Source: Gammaproteobacteria bacterium
Lineage (GTDB): Bacteria > Pseudomonadota > Gammaproteobacteria > JBCCGL01
Assembly (NCBI GenBank): GCA_965277715.1
Contig: OZ255836.1
Location: 3,360,001 to 3,424,000, forward strand
DNA length: 64,000 bases
Reading direction: 5' to 3'
The notes beneath the pieces were generated by a model that saw nothing but the letters and a program-made list of their open reading frames with translations, was not told the DNA's origin and ran no database searches. Positions within the stretch are counted from its first letter, which is position 1, and each line of letters starts with the position of its first letter. A program made the translations under genes and the position numbers. Below are positions 9,900 to 20,754 of the stretch, in pieces.

Positions 9900-10601
9900 T
9901 TAAAAGGCCAGTAAATACCCACCATAACCGATTGACATAAGCCCAATCACAGCGCGGAAACCTTGGATAAACCGGCTACCAAGATGGGCAAAATGTGCAA
10001 AAACCACGCCGAGAACACCACCAAAAAGTAGCATGGCCATTACCACACCGATGGAGAAGACCAATAGATAGAGAACTCCCTGCCAGGGTGAGGTCATTTG
10101 CCCCAGGGGCAGTAGTAACAATAACGGCGCCGAGCCTGCCATGCCGTGTAGTGCGCCGACCATGGTCGCTGTGTGTGGGTGTCGGTGTGCGGTATCGTCG
10201 TGCTTGCCAGAGGCGTCACCAGAAGCGTCACATGGATGGTTATGTGTGTGCCAGTGGGCGTGCTCAGGCAGGTGGTCGTGGCGGTGAAAGTGTATATGTG
10301 CGCGCTTGCGGTATAAGTCGTGAAAAATCATTGCACCGATACCGATCAGTACGGCGCCTACCGCCTGTTCGGCGAGGGCACTGAGGTCGTCGGGGATTGC
10401 CATGCCGAGTAAAAAAACGGCACCAGCCACGATGAGTAATACCGTGCCGTGGCCCAGCGCCCAGCGCAGACAGAATTGCACGCTCGATTTTAATCCAGCC
10501 CGGTGGCTGGCCATACCTGATACCGCTGCAATATGGTCAGCATCCAACGCATGCAGTAAGCCGAGACCAAAAGCCAAGGCAAATAAGCCAGAGAGATCCA
10601 T
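9900..10601 (-). CDS. UreH/HupE/NicO-like nickel-cobalt transporter
   Basis: GLLHALDADH, WALGH, His-rich loop, VGALHGMAGS; likely start MDLSG at 10601. Confidence 0.85.
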   Translation of the reverse strand: MDLSGLFALAFGLGLLHALDADHIAAVSGMASHRAGLKSSVQFCLRWALGHGTVLLIVAGAVFLLGMAIPDDLSALAEQAVGAVLIGIGAMIFHDLYRKRAHIHFHRHDHLPEHAHWHTHNHPCDASGDASGKHDDTAHRHPHTATMVGALHGMAGSAPLLLLLPLGQMTSPWQGVLYLLVFSIGVVMAMLLFGGVLGVVFAHFAHLGSRFIQGFRAVIGLMSIGYGGYLLAF

Positions 10602-10629
10602 AAGTACCAAGACCGTTAGTGTGGGGTGT

Positions 10630-12552
10630 TTAGGGGTTGTTTGCGTGTTCTTCCATGCGTTTTGATCGCACACTGGCGATAGCTTCGCGAACCTGGCTAC
10701 TGATACCGGCGGCGTCCAGTCGGCACTCGGCGAGTAATTCCTCGCGGCTGCCCTGTTCGATAAAGTTGTCCGGCAGGCCAATGTTGATAATGGGTGTGTG
10801 CCCCCGCTGTTGGTTGAGCAACTCATTGATGCCACTGCCCGCGCCACCGGCGACGACGTTTTCTTCCAGGGTGATCAGCAGGCTATGCGAGGCGGCCAGT
10901 TGTAAGATCATTGTTTCATCAAGGGGTTTTACAAACCGCATGTTGACTAATGTCGCATCGAGCTGGTCGGCGCAGTCTCTGGCCGCATAAACCATTGTGC
11001 CAAAGGCCAGCAGGGCAACGCTGTGCCCCTGATTACTATGCCTCTGGCGAAGTATCTCGGCTCTGCCAATTGGTAGCGTGTCGAGTGTGGCGTCAACGGC
11101 GATTCCCGGGCCAGTGCCGCGTGGGTAGCGCACAGAGGCAGGGCCGTTGTGGTTGAACCCGGTACTGAGCATCTTTCGGCACTCGTTTTCATCTGCGGGT
11201 GCCATAACCAGCACACCAGGCAAGCAGCGCATATAGCTGAAATCGAAGCTCCCGGCGTGGGTGGCGCCGTCTGGGCCGACTAGTCCGGCGCGATCCAGGG
11301 CGAACAATACAGGGAGTTTTTGCAGTACAACATCGTGAATTAGTTGGTCGTAACCGCGCTGTAAAAAAGTGGAGTAAATAGCCAGCACCGGTTTGAGTGA
11401 TTCGCAGGCCATACCCGCCGCAAGGGTGACTGAGTGTTGCTCGGCAATGCCGACATCAAAGTAGCGCTCTGGGTATTTTTTTTCAAACTCAACCAGCCCT
11501 GACCCCTCGCGCATAGCGGGTGTGATGGCGACCAGGCGCTCATCGTGCGCGGCCATATCGCATAGCCAGTCACTGAATACCTGTGTGTATTTCAGACCTG
11601 TCGGTGATGCGCTTTTTTTCAGGTTTTTGCCAGTTTTGGGGTCGAAGGGTTCCACCGCATGCAGTGCCAGTGAGTCCTGCTCGGCAAAGCTGTAGCCCTT
11701 GCCCTTTTTGGTGGCGACGTGCAACAGCAGTGGTCCGGGCAGTTTTTGCAGGTTTTGCAGGATTTTGATCAGTGCGTTGAGGTCGTGGCCGTCGACCGGC
11801 CCGTAGTAATTGAAGCCCAGTTCCTCGAACAGTGTACCGGGGGCGACCATGCCTTTGGCGTGTTCTTCCCAGCGGCGGGCAAATTCCCAGACAGGCGGCA
11901 TTTTGCTCAGTACTTTTTTGCCGGTTTCGCGTGCGCTGGAGTAGATCTGGCCAGAAATAATGCGGGTGAAGTACTGGTTGAGTGCACCTACATTGGGTGA
12001 AATTGACATGTCGTTGTCGTTAAGTATCACCAGCATATTGGCTTTCCAGGCACCGGCGTTGTTAAGTGCCTCGAAGGCCATGCCCGCTGTCATGGCACCA
12101 TCGCCGATAACGGCAATGCATTGGCGTTGTTCGCCGCGCAGGCGCGCACTGATTGCCATGCCCAGCGCTGCGCTGATAGAGGTGCTGGAGTGGCCAACAC
12201 CAAAGGTGTCATATTCGCTTTCGTCGCGCTTATTAAAACCGGCCAGGCCGTCTTTCATGCGGATGGTGTGCATCCGTTCACGGCGTCCGGTGAGGATTTT
12301 GTGTGGGTAGGATTGGTGGCCTACATCCCATACGAGTCTGTCGTGTGGGGTATTGAAAACGTAGTGAAGGGCCACTGTAAGTTCGACTGTGCCGAGGCTG
12401 GCACCGAGGTGGCCACCGGTCTGCGCTACCGACTCAATCAGAAATTCACGCAACTCCTGGCTAAGCGGTAGTAGTTCGCCTGGCTCAAGTTGGCGTAGAT
12501 CCTCTGGGGAGTGGATGGTGCGTAGGTGTGGGTATTTGTCCAGATCGATCAT
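10630..12552 (-). CDS. dxs: 1-deoxy-D-xylulose-5-phosphate synthase
   Basis: [44 protein letters not shown]. Confidence 0.98.
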   Translation of the reverse strand: MIDLDKYPHLRTIHSPEDLRQLEPGELLPLSQELREFLIESVAQTGGHLGASLGTVELTVALHYVFNTPHDRLVWDVGHQSYPHKILTGRRERMHTIRMKDGLAGFNKRDESEYDTFGVGHSSTSISAALGMAISARLRGEQRQCIAVIGDGAMTAGMAFEALNNAGAWKANMLVILNDNDMSISPNVGALNQYFTRIISGQIYSSARETGKKVLSKMPPVWEFARRWEEHAKGMVAPGTLFEELGFNYYGPVDGHDLNALIKILQNLQKLPGPLLLHVATKKGKGYSFAEQDSLALHAVEPFDPKTGKNLKKSASPTGLKYTQVFSDWLCDMAAHDERLVAITPAMREGSGLVEFEKKYPERYFDVGIAEQHSVTLAAGMACESLKPVLAIYSTFLQRGYDQLIHDVVLQKLPVLFALDRAGLVGPDGATHAGSFDFSYMRCLPGVLVMAPADENECRKMLSTGFNHNGPASVRYPRGTGPGIAVDATLDTLPIGRAEILRQRHSNQGHSVALLAFGTMVYAARDCADQLDATLVNMRFVKPLDETMILQLAASHSLLITLEENVVAGGAGSGINELLNQQRGHTPIINIGLPDNFIEQGSREELLAECRLDAAGISSQVREAIASVRSKRMEEHANNP

Positions 12553-12707
12553 AAATGAAGAGGGCCGGAGTTAATTACCTATTATGGAATTTGCATTGTA
12601 CCCGTGCAAGCAACTTGTTTATCGATAGGGTCGTTCGCCAACTGTTTCTGTGGAGAGTCGGCTGACACTGATTGTTGGTAGTTTGGGATTTGTGCTTCTA
12701 CTATTAA

Positions 12708-13295
12708 TCAGGTGTTGGCCAGGATGTGGCTAATTTTTGTTGCGATGAAGGGGATTACTTCTGTTGCGTACCAGGGGTTCTTTTTTAACCATAGCTGGTT
12801 GCGTGGTGAGGGGTGGGGGAGTGGCAGGTAACCCGGTGTCGCGTCGCGCCAGTGTTTTACCCGCTCGGTGAGTGTTTTGAAGTTGTCCTGCAGGTAGTAT
12901 TGCTGGGCGTATTGGCCAATTAATAGGGTCAGTTCGACAGCGGGCAGGTGGGCTAGTACTTTTTTATGCCATAAGGGCGCGCATTCGGGGCGCGGTGGCA
13001 GGTCGCCGGATTTGCCTTTTCCAGGGTAGCAAAATCCCATAGGTACTATGGCAAACAGTTGTTCATTGTAAAATTGCTGTTTGTCGACTCCCATCCAGTC
13101 ACGCAGGCGGTCGCCGCTGGGGTCGTCCCAGGGGATGCCACTGGCGTGTACGCGGGTGCCGGGTGCCTGGCCGATGATTAATACACGTGATGAATGACTG
13201 GCCCGCACTATTGGCCGTGGGCCAAGGGGGAGTGAGTCGGCGCATTGTGTGCACTCACGAATATCCGCCAGTAATGTAGACAATGAATCAGCCAT
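12708..13295 (-). CDS. uracil-DNA glycosylase family protein
   Basis: IIGQAPG, WDDPSGDRL, GFCYPG, LPHPSPRN. Confidence 0.9.
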   Translation of the reverse strand: MADSLSTLLADIRECTQCADSLPLGPRPIVRASHSSRVLIIGQAPGTRVHASGIPWDDPSGDRLRDWMGVDKQQFYNEQLFAIVPMGFCYPGKGKSGDLPPRPECAPLWHKKVLAHLPAVELTLLIGQYAQQYYLQDNFKTLTERVKHWRDATPGYLPLPHPSPRNQLWLKKNPWYATEVIPFIATKISHILANT

Positions 13296-13307
13296 GTGTA
13301 GCCTCTG

Positions 13308-13982
13308 TTAAAGTAATCCCAGTTCGGCAAACGATACATGACAACCGTCACCAATGATAACGTGATCCAGTACCCGTACTTCCACTAATTCCAGTGCTTG
13401 CTTTAGCTGCTGGGTAATGCGCTCATCATTACGGCTTGGCTCGGCGAGGCCGGAGGGGTGGTTGTGTGAAAGAATAATTGCCGCCGCATTGTGTTGCAGC
13501 GCTATTTTAACGATTTCGCGAGGGTGGACGGTAGCGCTGTGCAGGCTGCCACGGAACACTTCTTCAAAGTGCAGGAGCCGGTGTTGGTTGTCGAGAAACA
13601 GGCAGGCAAATACCTCATAAGATAAGCCGTGCAGGCGGTTGGCGAGAAACTGAAGGGTAACTTCAGGTGAGGTGAATGCATCGGAGAGGGTGAGGGTTTG
13701 TTGCAGGTAGCGGCGTGACATTTCCAATACCGCTTGTAGCTGTGCAAATTTGGCATCACCCAGCCCTTTGTTATGGCAAAACGATTTGTGTGTCGCGACT
13801 AATAAGCCGTGCAGGCCTTTATAGTGTGTGATGAGTTGGCTGGCCAGGTCGACCGCCGATTTACCGGCGACCCCGGTACGTAAAAAAATTGCCAGCAACT
13901 CTGCATCGGTAAGCGCTGCGGCGCCGCGTTTAATCAGTTTTTCGCGGGGGCGGTTTTCTTCTAGCCAATCGTTAATTGCCAT
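13308..13982 (-). CDS. radC: RadC/YicR JAB-domain protein
   Basis: RPREKL, AELLAIFLRTG, VHPREI, SHNHPSG; start MAINDW. Confidence 0.95.
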   Translation of the reverse strand: MAINDWLEENRPREKLIKRGAAALTDAELLAIFLRTGVAGKSAVDLASQLITHYKGLHGLLVATHKSFCHNKGLGDAKFAQLQAVLEMSRRYLQQTLTLSDAFTSPEVTLQFLANRLHGLSYEVFACLFLDNQHRLLHFEEVFRGSLHSATVHPREIVKIALQHNAAAIILSHNHPSGLAEPSRNDERITQQLKQALELVEVRVLDHVIIGDGCHVSFAELGLL

Positions 13983-14152
13983 GCTGTCTTCCCTAACAAG
14001 TGGAGGTGATTCGCTGTATGTTAACCACAAATGGCCGGTTTCACAAATTGTGATTTTCAGGGTGATTTTTTCGGATTAAGTAAACTACCCCAAAACTTCA
14101 AGAGGTAAGCCAGCGGAAACGGCTGAGTGGGTGTTCACGAGCACCCCTGAGA

Positions 14153-15544
14153 TCAATCCAGTAGGCAGCGAACTACATCCGGCAGGCGCTCGACCAAATA
14201 CAAAGGCAGCGAGGCCAAAGTATAACGCGCTCGTTGCGACTGATTGCCGGATTTGATCGTTGCCTCGGTGCTATGCACCGAAGGCAGTGAGGCGTCGAAA
14301 CGTACCGCCAGTGGCAATTGTTTTTCCCCCATAAACTGGTGCAGCGACTTCAAGCTGCCGGTTGCACCGGCTTTTACTTCGATAGGGATAATCTGCCCTT
14401 CTAGCGCGACGACAAAATCCAGCTCGGCGTTATAGGAGCGACCCTCGCGCAGCCAATAAGTTAACTCTCGGTTGGGTGAGTCAGTCAATAGCGCTTGTAG
14501 ATGCTGCCCTACGAATTGCTCGGCGACAGGGCCGTCGTTAACTCCCTGTGTTTCGTTCAACTGGGAAAAGGCGCGCCAATTGAGATCGCAGATGGTGTTC
14601 ATCAACCCCACGTCCAGAAATAGCAGTTTGTAGACATTTTCCTTGAGGGTTGATTGCAGCGGCAAGCCTGTGCAGTGACTGTGAATCACTTTATTAACGA
14701 CTCTGGCCATGCAAAGTAATTCCAAGTCGCGTTTGATCGTTGCGCTCTGGTCGTCGCGGGAAAAGTGACTGTATTTGACCTTTGTGCCCACGCTGCGAGC
14801 AGCTATGTTGAAGACGTTGAGAATCCGGTTGCGGTCGCGGTTACCGATATATTTAGGGAAGTCGTCTCGATACGTTTCAATTATCGATGTGTGAGTTTCA
14901 CTCACCGGTCCTAGGCGCCGTTGTTCAGCATAAGCGGCGACGGCCTCGGGCATACCTCCGACAAAACAATACTCGTGTAACAGCCGTCGCAATCGTTGAT
15001 GGACTATCGGACCGATCAAATCGCCCGGCATGTAAGTGTTAACAATATGTGCCAATTTTTTTTCATCTAATGCCTGAAGAAACTCTGAAAATGTCATTGG
15101 CCCCATCGGTAAATAACGAATTCTGCCGACAGGCATCGAGAATCTGCGATCAGACAGTGCGAATTCAAGCAGTGAGCCAGCACAAATCAAAGGTAACTCT
15201 GGGCGCTCCTCATAAAAGTAGCGCAGCGCGGATATGGCTGCGGGCGCAGCTTGTATCTCATCAAGAAACAGCAATGAGTTTTCATCGACGCTCGCCATTC
15301 GTGGCAGTGCTTCGATTTGTTGCAAAATATAGTGAGGATCGTTGCTGGCGAACACCTCTCCGAGCTGTGGGTAGCGCTCTAAATTGACCTCGATCAGATT
15401 TCGATTCGATTGCTCGGCGAATAGCCTGACAAGGGTAGATTTACCGACCTGGCGGGCGCCTCTAATAACCAGCGGTTTGCGCGTTTTGCTCTGTGCCCAG
15501 TGTTGTAAAAAGCCTAGTTGGTGTCGTTTCATGGTCTCTGTCAC
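14153..15544 (-). CDS. AAA_14 ATPase with DUF4143 C-terminal domain
   Basis: IRGARQVGKS, FLDEIQ, VGGMPE, AELDFV...PIEVKAG. Confidence 0.9.
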   Translation of the reverse strand: MTETMKRHQLGFLQHWAQSKTRKPLVIRGARQVGKSTLVRLFAEQSNRNLIEVNLERYPQLGEVFASNDPHYILQQIEALPRMASVDENSLLFLDEIQAAPAAISALRYFYEERPELPLICAGSLLEFALSDRRFSMPVGRIRYLPMGPMTFSEFLQALDEKKLAHIVNTYMPGDLIGPIVHQRLRRLLHEYCFVGGMPEAVAAYAEQRRLGPVSETHTSIIETYRDDFPKYIGNRDRNRILNVFNIAARSVGTKVKYSHFSRDDQSATIKRDLELLCMARVVNKVIHSHCTGLPLQSTLKENVYKLLFLDVGLMNTICDLNWRAFSQLNETQGVNDGPVAEQFVGQHLQALLTDSPNRELTYWLREGRSYNAELDFVVALEGQIIPIEVKAGATGSLKSLHQFMGEKQLPLAVRFDASLPSVHSTEATIKSGNQSQRARYTLASLPLYLVERLPDVVRCLLD

Positions 15545-15585
15545 CCATTTTCCTTAAGCACTATAGCAAAGATTTATACCACTTA

Positions 15586-15640
15586 TATGATTTTATGGGT
15601 ATCTTTTCAGTTTTTCTGTATGATTTTATGGGTATCTTTT
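15586..15640. repeat. 22-bp direct repeat TATGATTTTATGGGTATCTTTT x2
   Basis: Identical copies at 15586-15607 and 15619-15640, upstream of the AAA gene. Confidence 0.85.
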
Positions 15641-15744
15641 AATACTTACTTTACCTAAAAACACCGATAGTGACTCAACAGGCCTTGTATCTAAAGAAAA
15701 GGCTCAGGTCATAAGCGACTACGGCAGATGGTCAACAATGTGCT

Positions 15745-16092
15745 TCAGCAGGAATACACCACGGGAATTCGAGGTGTTTTGCGTGAACGAACGGCATCCA
15801 CATTTTCCAGTGGGCGTTTCAATACACGGGTATATAAAAAAACTAAGGCATTAAATGCCTGGTTTTGCGTGGCCGCAGCCACATTGGCTTTTGTTGCCAA
15901 ATATCCCAGAAAATCCTCAGTCTTACGCTCTGGTTCAACAAACAGTGCTTTCCGTGCCTGCATTGGGTGAAAACGTATAAAGCGGACAATCCAATTGCAG
16001 TAAGCGCGCTCGGTATGAATAGAATAATGGAGGCGTCTCATGAGGTCACGCATTTCCGTAAGCAGTTTTTTGTCCTTTGTTGAAGTTGACAT
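15745..16092 (-). pseudogene. intI: integron integrase, N-terminal domain only
   Basis: HYSIHTERAYCNWIVRFIRFH, VAAATQNQAFNALVFLY, RIPVV then stop; catalytic domain absent; divergent from cassettes. Confidence 0.85.
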
Positions 16093-16167
16093 ACTTGTCT
16101 TATTCCCCTATAGGTTCGGGTAAGTTTTATAGTTTCAGCCTGCCTGATTTGCCAGGTGATATCAACT

Positions 16168-16203
16168 TATCAGGGCGAACTTGCCTGATACTAATTGTTA
16201 TGT
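16168..16203 (+). other. putative attI site
   Basis: TATCAGG..CCTGATA inverted repeat followed by core GTTATGT (16197-16203) between intI and the first cassette. Confidence 0.6.
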
Positions 16204-16209
16204 TTTTGT

Positions 16210-16566
16210 ATGAAAAATGTCCTGACAATAATTGCCTGCGCATTCTGCATCAATGCTGGTGCCTGCGAGCTAACGTCTGAATACTTGGCGCTGCGAGTGG
16301 AGGCGGCGAAAGAGATTCGGCAACTATACCGTCAGTGCAAAAAAGCAGCTGATGCTCATTTCTTTTACAAAGCGGTCGCTGAGTGCATCAAAGAAGGTAA
16401 AGGTAAAAAGGTGGCAGGCGGTTGTTTTCATGTAGTGGGTTATGAGGAAACTCACAGTTCAGCTGATATCGAGCACTGTGAACTTCTAAAACCATCAAGT
16501 GATCAATTTATCGCTTATCTACATCAGGTTTCGCAGCAGAAAGGTGTGAAAAAGTGCATACATTAA
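16210..16566 (+). CDS. integron cassette: secreted Cys-rich hypothetical protein
   Basis: Signal peptide; lies between GTTATGT core and attC whose R'' (ACATAAC) is its exact complement. Confidence 0.75.
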   Translation: MKNVLTIIACAFCINAGACELTSEYLALRVEAAKEIRQLYRQCKKAADAHFFYKAVAECIKEGKGKKVAGGCFHVVGYEETHSSADIEHCELLKPSSDQFIAYLHQVSQQKGVKKCIH

Positions 16567-16572
16567 CTCAAA

Positions 16573-16636
16573 ACATAACAAGAGCTTCGTGCGGGACGCT
16601 CCGCGTTGCTACCCGCCCCACAAGCAGGAGTTAGGT
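16573..16636 (+). other. attC site
   Basis: ACATAAC...GCTTCGTGCGGG..CCCGCCCCACAAGC...GTTAGGT, 64 bp. Confidence 0.8.
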
Positions 16637-16679
16637 ATTCGGAACGGGAATATATGAAATGAAAATTTTTGCATCTTAT

Positions 16680-16943
16680 GGGGTCAAGATCTTATGGGGT
16701 CAGGCCAGTTATTCACTGTTCAATTGACTTTCAATCTGGCACATGACCTCTCTTGCCTTGGCTGAACAAAATACTGCTTTCGCTCACCCGGCAACAACTT
16801 GCCACAGTGATTACTATCAAGTGGCTGGCCAACTTTTCCCGCAACTGTGGCCGCACATCAAGGCCACTCTGACTTTCTTTGTGTTCGGCCAAGCATAAGC
16901 GAAAAGCTTTGTTGTCTAACACAGTCGAGACGTTATTTTTTAC
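16680..16943 (-). mobile_element. partial, internally deleted Y1 TIR element with duplicated end
   Basis: ATCTTATGGGGTCA occurs twice, then GGCCAGTTATT; body matches parts of 16944-17903. Confidence 0.75.
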
Positions 16944-17903
16944 GGGGTCAGGCCAGTTATTCACTATTCAATTGACTTTCAATCTGGTACATCATCTCAT
17001 AGAACTCTCCGGTGTCTAACTGCTTCCTAATATAGGCTATTGCGCTCGATACACCACCAGGATGACTTAGACCGAAAATAGTGAGTAATCGCTTTTAGTG
17101 ACATACCGCTAAACCGCTGGCAGTAATACATCGCCAGTTTACGGGGGATGTTCACACTGCCTCCCTTGCCTTGACTGAACAAAATACTGCTTTCGCTCAC
17201 CCAGCAACAACTTGCCACAGTGATTACTATCAAGTGGCTGGCCAACTTTTCCCGCAACTGTGGCCGCACATCAAGGCCACTCTGGCTTTCTTTGTGTTCG
17301 GCCAAGCATAAGCGAAAAGCTTTGTTGTCTAACACAGTCGAGACGTTATTTTTGCCGTAAAATCGTTGTATATCCTCATCAACCCCTTGATCTACATAAT
17401 CTACGCAGCGTTGATAGCTGTTTCGCGCCGGTAAACAGGCATAAACGTGATTGCGGCATAACCAAGTGAGGCTCGATGCCTTTCCTATATAAGCGGGGTA
17501 ACGAGACCAGGGATAGCTCTCTAGCGATTGAACCAGTGGCCGTTTGGTTTCAAGGGTTTCTATGAATATAGCGAGACAGTGGCAATAGATAGGCGTCTTC
17601 ATCGACATTCAGGGCCTTAAACCGTCCTCTAAACTAGGAGCCATCGGTTTTTTTAAGACGGTTATAACGCTGTGTATAAACTCCATCGACATGCTGTATG
17701 ATGCGACTGAGGTTAACATCCGGTGTTTCCAGCAGTAGGTGGTAGTGGTTGCCCGTTAGGCAGTAAACTTCGCCATGAAAAATCGCCTTATGCTCCCGAC
17801 AACGGTTCATTATGTGGTAGAAGGCGTTTTCGTATTCTATGCGCTGAGGCCTTGGCATTGGTTGGTATTGGTACAGCCTATACTAAATAACTAGCCTGAC
17901 CCC
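16944..17903 (-). mobile_element. TIR-flanked Y1/HUH (RAYT-like) transposase element, gene decayed
   Basis: 18-bp TIR GGGGTCAGGCCAGTTATT / AATAACTAGCCTGACCCC; MPRPQRIEY..YHIMNR..NHYHLL, nonsense at DGS*FRGRFKA; C-terminal HTH-like part 17027-17608. Confidence 0.85.
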
Positions 17904-17910
17904 CTTTTTT

Positions 17911-17977
17911 TGAACGCTAAAAAATGAATGAACGATTAAAAAATTGTTGAATTTAACTGCGGGTCCATATATGACCC
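17911..17977 (+). mobile_element. orphan right end of the IS110/IS1111 element
   Basis: 17911-17978 matches 49515-49582 at 67/68 positions. Confidence 0.75.
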
Positions 17978-19537
17978 CAATGGCACTAAGTTAAGCGGTT
18001 TTAGCGGGTAAAATAAACGAAAAAATAACTGTAATAAACCCAATAAAAAAGGCTGAAATGTTATAATTTTGTATGAAAAATACAACCTTATTTCTACCCG
18101 GATTCAACATCCAAACACTCCGCAAAACACCCCGTTCAGCCATTCAAATCTTGCACGATAAGATAGCAAAAATACGTCACAAATCACTGAGTGAACTACC
18201 TGTTTTTCTTGGCGATATTATACCCACGAATATTCTTAAACCGAATGATTTTGGTGTGAATAGTCGTCGACGTATTTTCAGTAAAGAAAATACTTTCTGG
18301 TTGTTTTTTTCACAAATAATGAACGCCGATGGTGGCTGTAAAGAAGTCGTTAGACAACTGCAAAATGTCGCCCACAACCAAGGCATTCCCATACCTTCAT
18401 CATCCACCTCCGCCTATTGCCAAGCACGTAAAAAACTACCCATGGACGATCTTAAAAACGTATTTTCAGGGACGTGTCGATTATCGCCACCTCAACCCAA
18501 AGCGCTCCAAGGTCGACCGGTTATCGTTGCCGATGGGACAGGCCTATCCATGCCCGATACGCCCGCGAATCAACAAACTTACCCACAACCGAAATCACAA
18601 AAACAGGGATGCGGATTTCCTCAAGCACGGCTTTTAGCTTGTTTTAATCTTTATAGCGGTTTAATTCTGAGCTATGCACTAGGAAATAAAAAAAGTCATG
18701 AGCTAAGACTTTTAGAAGAACAATGGGATACCTTCAATGAAGGTGACATTTTCTTAGGTGATAAAGGTTTTTGCAGCTTCTACGATATTGACTGCCTCTC
18801 TCGACGAACGGTTGACAGTGTCGTTACATTGGCGCGGAGAACGCCCAGCACTGCCTCCCAGGCCAAAAAGAAGATAGCCGATAATGACCTTCATATTGAA
18901 TGGCAAAAACCTAAACACACAAAAGCGACCCGTTACACAAAAGAGCAGCATAGCGACCTTCCAAAGACCTTAACTTTACGACAAATACACGTCAGTATTG
19001 TACGAAAAGGATTTAGGACGAACCATTTTTATATCATCACGACACTACTTGATGCTCAGCAATATCCCGCTATAGAAATTATCGACCTCTATGCACAGCG
19101 CTGGAATGTGGAACTGTATTTTCGCAATATTAAAACCACCATGGGTATGGATATATTACGCTGTAAAACACCTGATATGGTTCGTAAGGAAATCATCATG
19201 CACATGATTGTTTACAACACGATCAGGCACATCATGTGTGTCGCTTCATACCGACATGACACACCGGTTGATCGGCTAAGTCTTAAAGGTGTTTTGCAAA
19301 CACTCCGACAAAGCACTTCATCACTTGGTAGTGGGCAGAGTCCAGCACAAAAAAGACGGCAATATCTTGATTATTTATATGCAGCGATTGCGGATGATCG
19401 TGTGCTTCATCGACCTTTTAGATTTGAACCAAGAGTGGTAAAAAGGCGACCTAAACCACGGGCATTAATGACTCGACCAAGGAACGTTTTAAAAACTGAA
19501 TATTGGCAAGCTAAAGCGGCTTAACTTAGTGCCATTG
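17978..19537 (+). mobile_element. complete IS4-family element (IS4-a)
   Basis: 19-bp perfect IR CAATGGCACTAAGTTAAGC; 11-bp TSD ATATATGACCC (17967-17977, 19538-19548). Confidence 0.92.
18073..19524 (+). CDS. IS4-family DDE transposase
   Basis: VADGT, LGDKGF, YAQRWNVELYFRNIK (YREK motif), EPRVVKRRPK. Confidence 0.93.
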   Translation: MKNTTLFLPGFNIQTLRKTPRSAIQILHDKIAKIRHKSLSELPVFLGDIIPTNILKPNDFGVNSRRRIFSKENTFWLFFSQIMNADGGCKEVVRQLQNVAHNQGIPIPSSSTSAYCQARKKLPMDDLKNVFSGTCRLSPPQPKALQGRPVIVADGTGLSMPDTPANQQTYPQPKSQKQGCGFPQARLLACFNLYSGLILSYALGNKKSHELRLLEEQWDTFNEGDIFLGDKGFCSFYDIDCLSRRTVDSVVTLARRTPSTASQAKKKIADNDLHIEWQKPKHTKATRYTKEQHSDLPKTLTLRQIHVSIVRKGFRTNHFYIITTLLDAQQYPAIEIIDLYAQRWNVELYFRNIKTTMGMDILRCKTPDMVRKEIIMHMIVYNTIRHIMCVASYRHDTPVDRLSLKGVLQTLRQSTSSLGSGQSPAQKRRQYLDYLYAAIADDRVLHRPFRFEPRVVKRRPKPRALMTRPRNVLKTEYWQAKAA

Positions 19538-19557
19538 ATATATGACCCCCTTTTTTT

Positions 19558-19659
19558 CCGGTTCATTATGTGGTAGAAAGCGTTTTCGTATTCTATGTGC
19601 TGAGGCCTTGACATCGGTTGGTGTTGGTACAGTCTATACTAAATAACTAGCCTGACCCC
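19558..19659 (-). mobile_element. terminal fragment of the Y1 TIR element
   Basis: Matches 17803-17903 including the AATAACTAGCCTGACCCC end. Confidence 0.75.
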
Positions 19660-19677
19660 CTTTTCCGACCTACGCCA

Positions 19678-20137
19678 TATAAAAACGACAATGAAGATGC
19701 ACACTTTCCGTTGTAAGACGCCAGAAATGGTTGAGAAGGAAATGTGGGTGCACATATTAGCTTACAACCTTATTCGCTTATTAATGGCGCAATCTGCCTT
19801 ACTAGTGGACATACTGCCTCGACAGATAAGTTTTAAGCATACGTTACAAATTTGGGTAGCGTATCGTTATCAGAAAGGCGGTAGCCCTCTGGGTAGTGAT
19901 AAGGTGTTGGCGCTATGTGCGTTGATTGCAGAAAACTGTGTGGGTAATCGACCGGGGCGTATTGAACCAAGAGTGGTTAAACGAAGGCCCAAACCGTATC
20001 CTTTATTGATGCAGCCAAGGGACGTGGCCAGAAGTGTTGTTAAAAAATATGGCCATCCCAAAAAACAGAAATAGGTCATTTACAATGAAAGTACTTCCAT
20101 ATTTTTCATGTACTTAGAGCTTAAGGAAGTGCCATTC
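19678..20137 (+). pseudogene. 3' fragment of a second IS4-family element (IS4-b)
   Basis: RCKTPEMVEKE..EPRVVKRRPK (ORF 19691-20074); right IR CTTAAGGAAGTGCCATTC ends at 20137. Confidence 0.82.
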
Positions 20138-20340
20138 AGGTCATACCCATAAATTTGGCTATGAATTCAGAAGTAATTACCTTTAGATGTGTTTCTCAAA
20201 ATGCAAGACAGAGCATATTATTTAAGCAAAAATTTGAAAGAGATGAATCTTCATCTATAGGCTGGAAACCTGTTTGGAATGACAGAGTAGAAAAAGCCAT
20301 ATCCTCACTTGAAGGGTATAGCAGGTATTAGGAACTAATT

Positions 20341-20559
20341 ATGAGCATTAATTTTGATAAAGAGGAAATTGATATTCCGTGTGAGGGATGTAAAAGAAAA
20401 AACAAGAAAACAATTGGTTGGATAAAAAGAAATAAACAACTAAATTGTACGTGTGGTGCAATAATAAATTTAGAAACATCTCAATTTACAAGAGAGTTAC
20501 AGAAAATTGAAAAATCATTTTTAGACCTTGAAAAAATATTTAAAGGACTTGGGAAATAA
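20341..20559 (+). CDS. small zinc-ribbon protein (CxxC...CxC), probable cassette gene
   Basis: IPCEGC...LNCTCG; AT-rich; followed by attC left half GCATAACAAAGCACTC. Confidence 0.65.
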   Translation: MSINFDKEEIDIPCEGCKRKNKKTIGWIKRNKQLNCTCGAIINLETSQFTRELQKIEKSFLDLEKIFKGLGK

Positions 20560-20579
20560 AAAGCATAACAAAGCACTCC

Positions 20580-20722
20580 CTAGGCGACTATACAGAATGG
20601 CTTGTAGCAAACGCCCTAAGTCTAGAGTTAGAGAGCAATTCTAAAGCTGGGTATGATGGTGTTTGTAAAAATGGTGTTCGTGTCCAAATAAAAGGACGGC
20701 GAGTAACAAAAAATGGTTCTTC
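20580..20722 (+). pseudogene. fragment of a PD-(D/E)XK-like nuclease gene
   Basis: Reads LGDYTEWLVANALSLELESNSKAGYDGVCKNGVRVQIKGRR (E..D..QxK) with no start. Confidence 0.45.
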
Positions 20723-20754
20723 CCCGATTATTGTGAAGCCACTGGTTCCATATC

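Noticed and set aside
20563-20633. Complete attC ending at GTTAGAG
   Set aside because: The right part reads as a protein-coding fragment and pairs poorly; only the left half is accepted
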